64,000 bases of DNA, taken from an uncultured Lentisphaeria bacterium. Lineage in GTDB: Bacteria; Fidelibacterota; UBA8477; JABMPR01. Position numbers and translations under genes: made by a program. The stretch is from NCBI GenBank assembly GCA_964508765.1, contig CAZDVD010000010.1:14595-78594 (forward strand). Direction: 5' to 3'. The notes under the pieces were generated by a model. That model worked only from the letters and a program-made list of their open reading frames with translations, was not told where the DNA came from and did no database searches. This document shows, piece by piece, positions 48,258-57,805 of the stretch (the first letter of the stretch is position 1; each line of letters starts with the position of its first letter).

Positions 48258-49823
48258 TTACCACCAAACCATATACAACACTGATAGAATTGCAAAGATT
48301 CCAATAGAACCCACATTAAACAAGTTGTCCGTATGGAAAATATCTTTGTCCAGTTTGATGGCTTTCGGTGAATCTTCCCTTGATTCTAATAGAGTAATTA
48401 CAACTACGATAGCACTCAGCAGGAGGAAGACTACACCCATCCGATTTAAAAAGGGTAAACTCGGGATTAATATTTTGATTCCCAGAGAAAGTGGAATCGT
48501 TAGCACAGCAGCCCAAAGCGCTGAATTGGCAGTGGCCTTTTTCCAGAATAATCCAAAAATAAATATGGCAAATATTCCAGGACTAATAAAGCCGGTAAAC
48601 TCCTGGATAAACTGAAAGGCTTGTTCCAGAGAGGATAAAGTTGGCGCTATTATTACAGCTATAATTAAGGCAACCGCACTCGTAATTCGACCTGTCAATA
48701 CGAGTTTCTTCTCTGAAGCATCTTTATTGATAATCTGCTTATAGATATCCATTGAGAAGATAGTGGCCGTACTGTTGACCATAGAACTGAGCGATGAGAC
48801 GATGGCTGCTATTAATGCTGCAAAAGCCAATCCCTTTAGACCTACAGGGACAAAATTACTTAAAAGCCATGGGTAAGCTTCATCCGGTTTGGCAATATCT
48901 GCATTAAGGGCAAAAGCCACAATACCAGGAACGACCACGATGAGCGGAGTTAAAATCTTCAGGTATCCCCCAAATAGCAGGCCTCGCTGAGCTTCTTTGA
49001 TACTCTTGGCTGCTAATGCACGTTGGATGATATACTGGTTACAGCCCCAGTAAAAGAAATGGGCCATCCACATACCACCCAATAAAACACCAAGACCAGG
49101 AAGTTCGGCATAGTTCGAGTTAGATTTATCTAAAATCATATCAAATTTCTCTGGAACTTGTTTCAATAGGTCGCTGAATCCGACCAATGCTCCCCTGCCA
49201 CCACTAACCTGGTCTAAAGCAAAATAGGTCGTTACCAAACCACCAACAATCAGGATCAGGACCTGGACAACATCGGTCCAGACGACTGCTTTTAGACCAC
49301 CGTAAATCGTGTACAATGCAGAGAATGCCGCCAAGCCCACAATTCCCCACATCAGAGGGACACCTAGAATCGTTCGTAATGCCAGCGATCCCAGATAGAG
49401 AACAGATGTTAAATTTACGAATACATATAATAGTAACCAAAACACAGCAAGACCTGTTCTAACACGGCGATCATATCTGATTTCCATTAGCTGAGGCATG
49501 GTGTAGATGCCTTCTTTTAGAAATATGGGTAAAAAGAATTTAGCAACCACTATTAAGGTTATTGCAGCAGTCCATTCATAGGTCGCAATTCCCAATCCAA
49601 TCACAAATCCTGAACCTGACATTCCAATGTACTGTTCTGCTGAGATATTTGCTGCTATTAGTGAAGTCCCGATAGCCCACCATGGTAGCGATTTACTGGC
49701 GAGGAAATAATCGTTGGAATCTTTCTGGTGCCCTTTTGTCTCTCTGGATACATATAAGCCCAAACCAATAATAAACATAATGTAACTGACAAATACGACG
49801 TAATCTAAAGGTGAGAAATTCAT
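48258..49823 (-). CDS. Sodium:solute symporter (SSS family, SGLT/vSGLT-like sugar transporter)
   Basis: 521 aa, about 13-14 TM. YFLASKSLPWWAIGTSLIAANISAEQYIGMSGSGF, GGLKAVVWTDVVQ and typical SSS architecture. Confidence 0.9.
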   Translation of the reverse strand: MNFSPLDYVVFVSYIMFIIGLGLYVSRETKGHQKDSNDYFLASKSLPWWAIGTSLIAANISAEQYIGMSGSGFVIGLGIATYEWTAAITLIVVAKFFLPIFLKEGIYTMPQLMEIRYDRRVRTGLAVFWLLLYVFVNLTSVLYLGSLALRTILGVPLMWGIVGLAAFSALYTIYGGLKAVVWTDVVQVLILIVGGLVTTYFALDQVSGGRGALVGFSDLLKQVPEKFDMILDKSNSNYAELPGLGVLLGGMWMAHFFYWGCNQYIIQRALAAKSIKEAQRGLLFGGYLKILTPLIVVVPGIVAFALNADIAKPDEAYPWLLSNFVPVGLKGLAFAALIAAIVSSLSSMVNSTATIFSMDIYKQIINKDASEKKLVLTGRITSAVALIIAVIIAPTLSSLEQAFQFIQEFTGFISPGIFAIFIFGLFWKKATANSALWAAVLTIPLSLGIKILIPSLPFLNRMGVVFLLLSAIVVVITLLESREDSPKAIKLDKDIFHTDNLFNVGSIGIFAILSVLYMVWW

Positions 49824-49888
49824 AGTTCCTTCCTTGTTCGCTCAATTAATGGATTTGTATTATTTGTTAGTTATTCTCTTGGTATGCC

Positions 49889-52777
49889 TTACTTCAGCAA
49901 GATCTTAACGTCCCCCACCCTGTCCGCTTCTCTGACTTTTACATACAATAATGTTTGAAACTTATCAAAATACCATCCTTCAGGCAGGTCTAAAAACTGC
50001 GACCAACTGGTTGCTTTCTTTAATTTCGAATCTCCGTATAAAATCTTTTTTGCATTTCTATTTATTATCTGAAGAGTTATCTGGTCTGGAATGTCAGGTA
50101 AAGTGATATTTACATGTTTTTTTGTTTCATTAACACTTATATGCTTCATTGTGTTCTTGGCAGTTCTATAATCCAGCCAAAGATATTCAGTATTTTTAGC
50201 AGGATATATTCGAAATGTTAATCTTTTATATTTAGCAATATCATTTCCTACGTAGTTACCCAGAACATAGTCATCACTCAAATTCATTGGAATGATACTA
50301 CCAGATTTAGCAAACACAGGAATCTGATCAAAATTCACTTCATATCGAATATCTGTAGGTCCTTTTATCTTATCATGGCTCCAGAAATCAGTCCAATCAC
50401 CCGCTGGCAAATAGATATCACGATATTCATGGCCTTCATGGACGACAGGGGCAACAAGAAGATTGGATCCTAGCAGGTATTCATAAGATTCAGCAGCGGC
50501 TTTATTATCATCAGGGAATTCAAGTGCCAACTGACGCATCATTGGCAAACCTGTTTTTACGCTGAAATTGGCTTCAGAATATATATACGGCAGAAGGTTC
50601 ATTCGGATATTTATAAATTTTCGAAATACATCAATACAAGAACTGTCACCCGTAACCTCAGCCATATTCCATGGAGTACGAGCTCGACTGGGTACCGGAT
50701 CACCTGAAGTTTCTGAATGTAATTGCATAATTGATGAAAATGTCGTTGCAGCCACACTGCGTTTATACAATTCAACCGAAGGCATTTGGTCGTGAGCGAA
50801 ACCAGCCATATCCCATGCTACGAACGGAATTCCAGATATACCAGCAGACAGAACAGAGCGAATAGCTGCTCTAAATTCAGAAAATGTTGAACGCTGATCT
50901 CCATTCCAAGTTAGTGGGTGTTGCGCCGTTGTGGTTCCACCAGCCCTGCCAAACACCACCGTTTCATTTTTTAATGTTTTTAGATAATCATAATATGCTT
51001 GGTTATAAACATCAGGATAAGCGTTGTGCATCTCAACACCGGATCGGCCATCATGAAACTGAATTCCACTACCGTATGCAAATTCACCCCCATCAGTTTT
51101 AAATCCATCGATTCCAAGTTGATTGATCAAATATTTGCGTTTGGAGAACCACCATTTATTGGCTTCGGGATTCGTAAAATCAAACAATAAACTATTCCCA
51201 AACCATGCCCGGGGCATACGATAAGGTTCATGATCCTTAGTTTTGACAACATATCCTTGTTTCACCGCCTGAGCCTCATCAAGGTCACGCTGAGGATTGT
51301 CTTCTAGGCTGTACTTTAGTACCGGAATATTCCACAGTAATATTTTCATATTACTCTCGTGCACCTTTTGTACCATACTAACTGGATTGGGCCAACGGCC
51401 AGTAAATTGAAAATCATCCAGAGAGTAAGCCTCTGATGCTGGTTTCTGGCTGTACTGGGCATCGTTAAAAATATAAAAAGTCTCTTCATCACTCCATGCC
51501 TCTAACACGAGAACTGAAATGGGTATATTAAACTGTGATGCCAAAGCGATCTGATTTTCGATTTCGGACTGCCGATTCCATTCATTAGCAGAGATCCAAA
51601 GTCCAAACGCCCATATTGGAGGAAGAACGGGTTTACTAATCGCACTGCTATATGAAGAAAGAATCGCCTTCGAATCCTCGCCCCCGAATACGTAATATTC
51701 TAATACACTCCCAGTTTTAGTACGTGTATCCGTCAAGATTGTGCAACGGTCATCAGCATCTGTCGCCAAACGAAATTGCGAATAGGCTGTTGAGTTCAGA
51801 TAGAATCCATATCCACCACTATTTAGGTAAAATGGGATCGGGATATAGGTCTTTTCTTCCTGCTCATATGCTGTGTTTGTAACGTGAATATCAACATTGT
51901 CGAACCGTTTATCGAGATGATTATACCGCATCCCGAAGCCATAGAACGATTCCGTTTCTTCTGTATAGATATTTTCTTGAATTTTGATTATCTCATCATC
52001 CCTATTTTTCAAAAAGGCAATACTTCCATACTGATCATGATCGTCATTCCGCACTATAATTTGTTGATCCGTCAATTTCGTAAAGGTCCAGCGAAAAGGA
52101 TGTTTTGATATTTTCAGAGCATATTTTATTGTTCTTACTTCAACATAATCATCACTTTCTTTCATCATAATTGGAACATTTTTTTCAGCATTAGCTTCCT
52201 GATCATTTCCAAGTAAAACATTTAGCCGGAAATAATTCTCACTTGGAAACGAGATCTGAATTTTAGGATTAATTGAATCGTCCTCAGTATCACAATCAAG
52301 AATCAATATATTATCCGATAAGCGAACGTTTTGAACATCATTTAAGTGCACCCACTCACTTATCGGAAACTCGAAGGGCCCTACCTTCTCGAGTTTTGTC
52401 CCAAACAGCGCACTTATACTGTAGCTAATCTGATCCTCAGCGGAAAATGCTCCCAAAACGGCTTCCCAGAAGCATTCACCTTCATGATTTGCAATGTAAT
52501 TACCGTGAATTGGTTCCTGCTCGATCCCATTTTTTCGCCAGTGAACCCGCGGATCGATATCCAGCGTAAATCCTTTCGTACTGAAACCAACTCGGACGGT
52601 ATCACCTACTTCTGGAAAGTGAGGATTCAGTTCCGTAGAATATGGCGGTATCGCCAGTTCGCGCTTAGCATATAGATTCTCCCAGCCCAGTATGCTATGA
52701 TTAATGCTTGGGCTTGAAATCGCAGCCGAATTAGATCCAAGAAGAATTATTATCCATAAAAACTGATATTTTTTCAT
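49889..52777 (-). CDS. GH31 alpha-glucosidase (or alpha-xylosidase), secreted/periplasmic
   Basis: I prefer the ATG at 52777 (MKKYQFLWIIILLGSNSAAIS). GH31 blocks are GIDGFKTDGGE (nucleophile context), WNGDQRSTF and GISGIPFVAWDMAGF. Confidence 0.85.
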   Translation of the reverse strand: MKKYQFLWIIILLGSNSAAISSPSINHSILGWENLYAKRELAIPPYSTELNPHFPEVGDTVRVGFSTKGFTLDIDPRVHWRKNGIEQEPIHGNYIANHEGECFWEAVLGAFSAEDQISYSISALFGTKLEKVGPFEFPISEWVHLNDVQNVRLSDNILILDCDTEDDSINPKIQISFPSENYFRLNVLLGNDQEANAEKNVPIMMKESDDYVEVRTIKYALKISKHPFRWTFTKLTDQQIIVRNDDHDQYGSIAFLKNRDDEIIKIQENIYTEETESFYGFGMRYNHLDKRFDNVDIHVTNTAYEQEEKTYIPIPFYLNSGGYGFYLNSTAYSQFRLATDADDRCTILTDTRTKTGSVLEYYVFGGEDSKAILSSYSSAISKPVLPPIWAFGLWISANEWNRQSEIENQIALASQFNIPISVLVLEAWSDEETFYIFNDAQYSQKPASEAYSLDDFQFTGRWPNPVSMVQKVHESNMKILLWNIPVLKYSLEDNPQRDLDEAQAVKQGYVVKTKDHEPYRMPRAWFGNSLLFDFTNPEANKWWFSKRKYLINQLGIDGFKTDGGEFAYGSGIQFHDGRSGVEMHNAYPDVYNQAYYDYLKTLKNETVVFGRAGGTTTAQHPLTWNGDQRSTFSEFRAAIRSVLSAGISGIPFVAWDMAGFAHDQMPSVELYKRSVAATTFSSIMQLHSETSGDPVPSRARTPWNMAEVTGDSSCIDVFRKFINIRMNLLPYIYSEANFSVKTGLPMMRQLALEFPDDNKAAAESYEYLLGSNLLVAPVVHEGHEYRDIYLPAGDWTDFWSHDKIKGPTDIRYEVNFDQIPVFAKSGSIIPMNLSDDYVLGNYVGNDIAKYKRLTFRIYPAKNTEYLWLDYRTAKNTMKHISVNETKKHVNITLPDIPDQITLQIINRNAKKILYGDSKLKKATSWSQFLDLPEGWYFDKFQTLLYVKVREADRVGDVKILLK

Positions 52778-52862
52778 TTGACAAAGTGCCTTCCCTATCA
52801 CCGAACAAATGTTTGCGGGTAATTCGTTGAATCCAGTAAAGTCTAGTTCTTCACTAGACCAA

Positions 52863-53891
52863 CTATAACTTAATGTTTATTGAAAAGCCCTGTATGGGTT
52901 CAAATATTCCAAAAGCTTGAAAGGAATAATCAACTGTGAGTCCCTTTCCAAGAAAAGGGGTTATTAATCCAAACCCGCAACTAAATCCTTTTTCTGTCTT
53001 CAGGGCAAATAAACTTTGATATCCGAATCGAATCTGAAGTACTCTATAGATCGATATCTCTGTTCCAATATTTAGGGTTTCTTCGTTGTTGGTTGGTCTT
53101 GTTGCATCAGCTGAAAGCACTATTCCAAGATTCTCCCCAATTGACATCGGCAAAGCCGTACCTACTGTAAAACTCAATGGGATCGGCCAAGAATCTGTCT
53201 TCATATAGGCCACCAATGTTTCGTTATTACCATTATTTTGCGGATTGATATCTATACGATGGCGAAGATCTCGGCCATGGAGTTGCATTTCTCCACCAAA
53301 ATTTCGTATTGTCGCACCAATTTGTAGGCCACCGAATTGTGTAATAAAGAGAAGTCCCAAATCTGCGGCACCTGTCCACGCTTTCTCGTGCCATATTACT
53401 TGTTCGATATATTTTAGCGTCCCACCTATCGAAAAGCGATCAGTGATATTACTGGCATAACTCAGTCCGACTGATAAATCTCTAGCCTCCCAAAATTCTC
53501 CTGTACCATCCGGCATAGCCACTGTAGTGACTTTTTCCCTGTCACCATAATCAACTTGATTAACACTGATACCAATCGCATGCTGGTCAAATATTGCAAG
53601 TTGGAGACCAACCCATTTGTGGTTTGATCCAACAAGATAATTGGTTTGAGAAGCATAAAGCATCGATTGTGCCATTCGGGAGATAGCTCCTGGATTCCAA
53701 TATAGAGCTGATGGATCATCTACAATCGCCGTGACGGCTCCTCCCATTCCAATTGCCCTCATACCCACTGGTATACCTAAAAATGGAGCTGCTGATGTTC
53801 CAACTTTACTTTGGGCGTTCAAAGAAGGATCCAATAGTCCGGTGACGATTTGGATAATTACATAAAGAAATATAATTTTACGTTTAATCAT
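52863..53891 (-). CDS. PorV/PorQ-like (FadL-fold) outer-membrane beta-barrel, paralog of 19372-20439
   Basis: 342 aa. KVGTSAAPFLGIPVGMRAIGMGGAVTAIVDDPSALYWNPGA. C-terminal ...GFSINIKL. Starts 2 bp after the stop of the 1303-aa gene. Confidence 0.7.
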   Translation of the reverse strand: MIKRKIIFLYVIIQIVTGLLDPSLNAQSKVGTSAAPFLGIPVGMRAIGMGGAVTAIVDDPSALYWNPGAISRMAQSMLYASQTNYLVGSNHKWVGLQLAIFDQHAIGISVNQVDYGDREKVTTVAMPDGTGEFWEARDLSVGLSYASNITDRFSIGGTLKYIEQVIWHEKAWTGAADLGLLFITQFGGLQIGATIRNFGGEMQLHGRDLRHRIDINPQNNGNNETLVAYMKTDSWPIPLSFTVGTALPMSIGENLGIVLSADATRPTNNEETLNIGTEISIYRVLQIRFGYQSLFALKTEKGFSCGFGLITPFLGKGLTVDYSFQAFGIFEPIQGFSINIKL

Positions 53892-53893
53892 AG

Positions 53894-56800
53894 TTATTTA
53901 ATAATTGCCAGTTTACCAGTTGCTCTACCTACAGTGGACTCCACTACATAAAAATAGACTCCGAAAGCAACATCCAGATTCTCCCTTGAACGAATGTCCC
54001 ACGCGATTGTGCCACTATTGATTCCCTCAGATAGTTCTAATGTTCTTACTAAACTTCCATCTGAGGAAAAAATGTGCACCTTTGCACCTGCTGGAAGTTT
54101 TCGGAACTCAATACGACGTTCTCCGCGTCCACTGGTAATAGTCGGGGGCAAAGGACTTTCCATAACATTGGCAAATACATATGGATTCGGCACTACCTGG
54201 ATCTTATCCAATTCATTTCGAGCATTTACCTCTTGCACAAAAGGTCTTTCTGTTTTGAATTTATATTTATCACCATTCCTAAATGGTTTTGAAACACTGA
54301 TCCGCAATTCATCGCCATCACCAAATTGAAAGGCAGTATCCGCTTCTCCAATATTTGTGAAGAAGAGCGTCCAGATCATCTGGTATTCTCCATCTGGCCG
54401 TTTCCAAAATGTGTAGATGTAATCCTTAGGCTCAATCGTATACACTGAATCAGATTCGTATGCACGATTAAAAGCATGAAAGAACGGCACTTCAGTTGAA
54501 TCATTGAGATTCAGAATTCGAAAATTACTGCTAACGGACCTCAACCCCCCCATCTGCACAGCGAGATCGTTTGGACGTACATAACGCGTTGTGTCTCCAA
54601 ATTGAATAAGTAAGTCTGCCGGATATTCTTTACCTTCCAGCTGTCTGCCACCCAAGCTGAAGCTAGATGTTAATGTATACCATTCGTATTGCCGATCTCC
54701 TGTATTCCAATACGATAAAGTAGGATCTTGTACTCCTTGAATATCCCAGTCATTCTCAAAATTAAGTTGCAGACCGTCAAAAATATCTGTGTCGAAAGTT
54801 TCCTCTGTAAAAGGACTTTCTTGCATATTGGTGCTTTTGTATACGGGATAATACTGGTATTTAACAATATAATCCGCTGTTTCGGATGATCCATCAACTC
54901 GATGCTTTATTTTTCCGTTTAGAAAATCAATTTCAAATTCATCAACCGATAGGTATGTATTTGGATCTGATAGATGGCTTATTATTACGGTACCTTCTTC
55001 AATGTGCTCGTGCTTTAAATATTGAAAGTCTGAACCAATTATTACCGTTTCGGATATACCAGTAACATCTAACACAGAATAGTTTGTCGTTATGGGAGCG
55101 AATTCATCAGGATCTGCCCAATCCAAGTTGGGCTCACCGATATCTGGTTTGCCATTATTTTGAGTACTATCTGGATCAAGAACACTAATATTCCCGTCAG
55201 AACCAATATCATCATTAAGCACATTCCAATTACCGTTATTGTCTATCCTGTCCATTTGAGTATCCTCAAAGATTACATTGTAATTGTGACCTGTAAGGGC
55301 GGACTCATCAATTATATCGTATCTAATGCTTCCAGTTCCTTTCCCATCTACTCGATCGAGAGTTGTGTCGGTATTGGCCCGATTGTAGCCTGCAACTGGC
55401 GGAGTCGGTCGAACCACCACAGTATTTTGATTTGTTTGGATTTTACCATCCGCGAGGATTGAAATAAACTTCGTCGTTTCGGATGGAATCATGCCCAAAT
55501 CCACTTCTCCGTGGTCATAGGCGGTTACAGCATAAAAATAGCGTCTGCCATTATCAACGTTTTCATCAACATAAGTATGTCGCAACCCTGTGTCTGTACC
55601 GAGGTCAAAAGTGTATCCTCCATTGTCTTGGAAATACTGATCCTCTGTTGGAAAAAGTCCTGTTATTCCGTTTTCTAAATCATATTGCTCCAGATATGTG
55701 TAGCCCACTACATTTCCATACACATCTGTCACCGACCTAACATCATTAAAGTCCGAATCAGTTGCTTTATATATGCGGTAGCCTTCAAAATCTTTGTTTC
55801 GGGTAACCGGATCAATACTGTCTTCCGCCTTTCGGTCCCAGTAAAGTGTTACTTTTCCATCTCCAGGTACTGCGCTCACTGTGGGAAGAGTAGGTGCAGT
55901 TGGAAAGCTATAGTCACTATTGTATATCTGTTGAACTGTCTTCCGATTCTTCAATAAGTCATCAAGATTTTCGCCGTAAAGCAGTGCTAACGAAAAACGT
56001 TGAGTCTCTCCAGCAAGTAATGGAAAATAGGCCGCACCATATATAAAATCACCATCTTCACCGCGTATTGGATTACCATCTTGAATACTTTGTGGTACAT
56101 CAAAGTATCCTGGCTGTAACCATTGCCAGAGCGCCTCGTCATCACCCATTGGATACCGATTTGCAGGTGTAAAATAATTGAAGCTGGTTAAGCCGATTTG
56201 ATCAGATTCATCAACATCCGTACGATCGAAGTTTGCTTCTCCATCGGTGGGGAAACCATCACCTTCCCCATAATCATTCGTGAGAGGAATTCCATCAGCA
56301 CCTAGATCATCAAATTCAATATTCCAGTCGCCGTCGTTGTCTATTCCATCATCCCGTCTCTCATCGATTAGGGGATCGTGAAGTCCAAGACCATTGATGT
56401 AGTCTATATAGCAGACTGGGTTAATTTTGTCAAAAAGGATAACATCATTTTCTATGTCTTTTCGGACCTGACGATAATGAAGAAGGTAGTTTTCGTCGAT
56501 TAACCCATCCAAATCATTATCGATTCCATCATAAGCATCTGGATTGGCGTTATAATCATTATTTGCGCTGCCTTCACTGAAACCGGTTTCACCTGCAATC
56601 AGTTGTAAGCTGTCATCTAGGCCGCGTGTAAAAATCATTAAAGTATCACTGTTTATCGTTAGCAGGTTTCGTTGGTAGTTATCGTCAATTAGGACGATTT
56701 CATCTCCTAAGTCATAAACGATAGTGTCAAAATCACTTTCTTCAAATTGTGGTGCCGCGAATGAAAGTGTAATCCCGTCCGCTAGCGACTCAATGTTGTT

Positions 56801-57805
56801 ATCGTCATCATTATCAATACCATCATATGGATTTCCTGGACTTTCTAAATAGGCATATCCTACCATTCCGACATCTCCAACCCAAAGAGGATTTCGGGAA
56901 CAGTCCTTATCATAATCACCTGTATAGGTAATATCCTTCTCAACATCAAAAAAGGACCAATCGTCATCCCATTCTCCCACATCCGCTCCACCGCCACTAA
57001 CGCCGATATAGGTACCGCAGAGCATCCCGAAGGTTACACGATCATAGTCCGTGGTACTGTTATTAGTAACTTCATACAGCCAAAATATTATATCACTAGC
57101 AAGTGGACGGGCCCACTGCATACCCCGCACTTTAACTTCGATACCTAATCCATTTCGTGTTAGATTATTATTATCAGGTTTAAAGGCCACACCCCATTCA
57201 TTGTTCTCTGCATAATTGAACTCTTCATCATTATTATCATCCATAACATAGAAGCTCTCTTGATCAGCATTGGAAAGTCCTTTCCCCATAAAACTGTTCC
57301 AACTACCTGGCCATCCAGGATCAACGGGATCATTGAATTTGTCAGGCCACGAGGATGGCCAGGTATTCGGATCATTACTCATTGCAATATTATATTGATT
57401 TTCATTCAAATACCCTTGAACTGGTTCGAATGTCCAATACTTACCAGCGTTGGATTGTTCCACTGATACACTTGGTCGTGATGCATTACAAACAACCACA
57501 CTATGAAATTTTTTAATTCTCTGTGATACGGAATCAAAATAAGTCACCTCCGCACCGACCAAGGGGGCTAAATCGCCGATATAGCCATTGTTGTCATGCT
57601 TCCAGGCACCAATAGGTCCATTGAAAGGTTGACCAATGACTCCCCAATTACTGAATGTGGTGCGTACTAGATTAGCGTTATGGACTCCAGATCTTCTGAA
57701 TCGGACGCCACTATTCTGCTGAGCATTTAGCATTCCCGCAATGGCCAGCGTCATTATGCTACACGCTAAAAACCAAACTCCAGAAAATTTCGTTAATCGC
57801 CTCAT
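53894..57805 (-). CDS. 1303-aa secreted Ca-binding-repeat protein, paralog of 20443-23745
   Basis: It shares these blocks with the 1100-aa protein: SNDPNTWP, NADQESFYVMDD, DIIFWLYEVTNNSTT, ESPGNPYDGIDNDDD, DGIDNDGDWN...GEGDGFPTDGEANFDRTDVDESDQIGLT, FEGYRIYKATD, VVPNPYV, SGRGERRIEF, GKLAIIK. Confidence 0.8.
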   Translation of the reverse strand: MRRLTKFSGVWFLACSIMTLAIAGMLNAQQNSGVRFRRSGVHNANLVRTTFSNWGVIGQPFNGPIGAWKHDNNGYIGDLAPLVGAEVTYFDSVSQRIKKFHSVVVCNASRPSVSVEQSNAGKYWTFEPVQGYLNENQYNIAMSNDPNTWPSSWPDKFNDPVDPGWPGSWNSFMGKGLSNADQESFYVMDDNNDEEFNYAENNEWGVAFKPDNNNLTRNGLGIEVKVRGMQWARPLASDIIFWLYEVTNNSTTDYDRVTFGMLCGTYIGVSGGGADVGEWDDDWSFFDVEKDITYTGDYDKDCSRNPLWVGDVGMVGYAYLESPGNPYDGIDNDDDNNIESLADGITLSFAAPQFEESDFDTIVYDLGDEIVLIDDNYQRNLLTINSDTLMIFTRGLDDSLQLIAGETGFSEGSANNDYNANPDAYDGIDNDLDGLIDENYLLHYRQVRKDIENDVILFDKINPVCYIDYINGLGLHDPLIDERRDDGIDNDGDWNIEFDDLGADGIPLTNDYGEGDGFPTDGEANFDRTDVDESDQIGLTSFNYFTPANRYPMGDDEALWQWLQPGYFDVPQSIQDGNPIRGEDGDFIYGAAYFPLLAGETQRFSLALLYGENLDDLLKNRKTVQQIYNSDYSFPTAPTLPTVSAVPGDGKVTLYWDRKAEDSIDPVTRNKDFEGYRIYKATDSDFNDVRSVTDVYGNVVGYTYLEQYDLENGITGLFPTEDQYFQDNGGYTFDLGTDTGLRHTYVDENVDNGRRYFYAVTAYDHGEVDLGMIPSETTKFISILADGKIQTNQNTVVVRPTPPVAGYNRANTDTTLDRVDGKGTGSIRYDIIDESALTGHNYNVIFEDTQMDRIDNNGNWNVLNDDIGSDGNISVLDPDSTQNNGKPDIGEPNLDWADPDEFAPITTNYSVLDVTGISETVIIGSDFQYLKHEHIEEGTVIISHLSDPNTYLSVDEFEIDFLNGKIKHRVDGSSETADYIVKYQYYPVYKSTNMQESPFTEETFDTDIFDGLQLNFENDWDIQGVQDPTLSYWNTGDRQYEWYTLTSSFSLGGRQLEGKEYPADLLIQFGDTTRYVRPNDLAVQMGGLRSVSSNFRILNLNDSTEVPFFHAFNRAYESDSVYTIEPKDYIYTFWKRPDGEYQMIWTLFFTNIGEADTAFQFGDGDELRISVSKPFRNGDKYKFKTERPFVQEVNARNELDKIQVVPNPYVFANVMESPLPPTITSGRGERRIEFRKLPAGAKVHIFSSDGSLVRTLELSEGINSGTIAWDIRSRENLDVAFGVYFYVVESTVGRATGKLAIIK

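Noticed and set aside
48214-48615. The 133-aa plus-strand ORF overlapping the 3' end of the symporter gene
   Set aside because: It is antisense to a confidently called SSS transporter and has no independent support.
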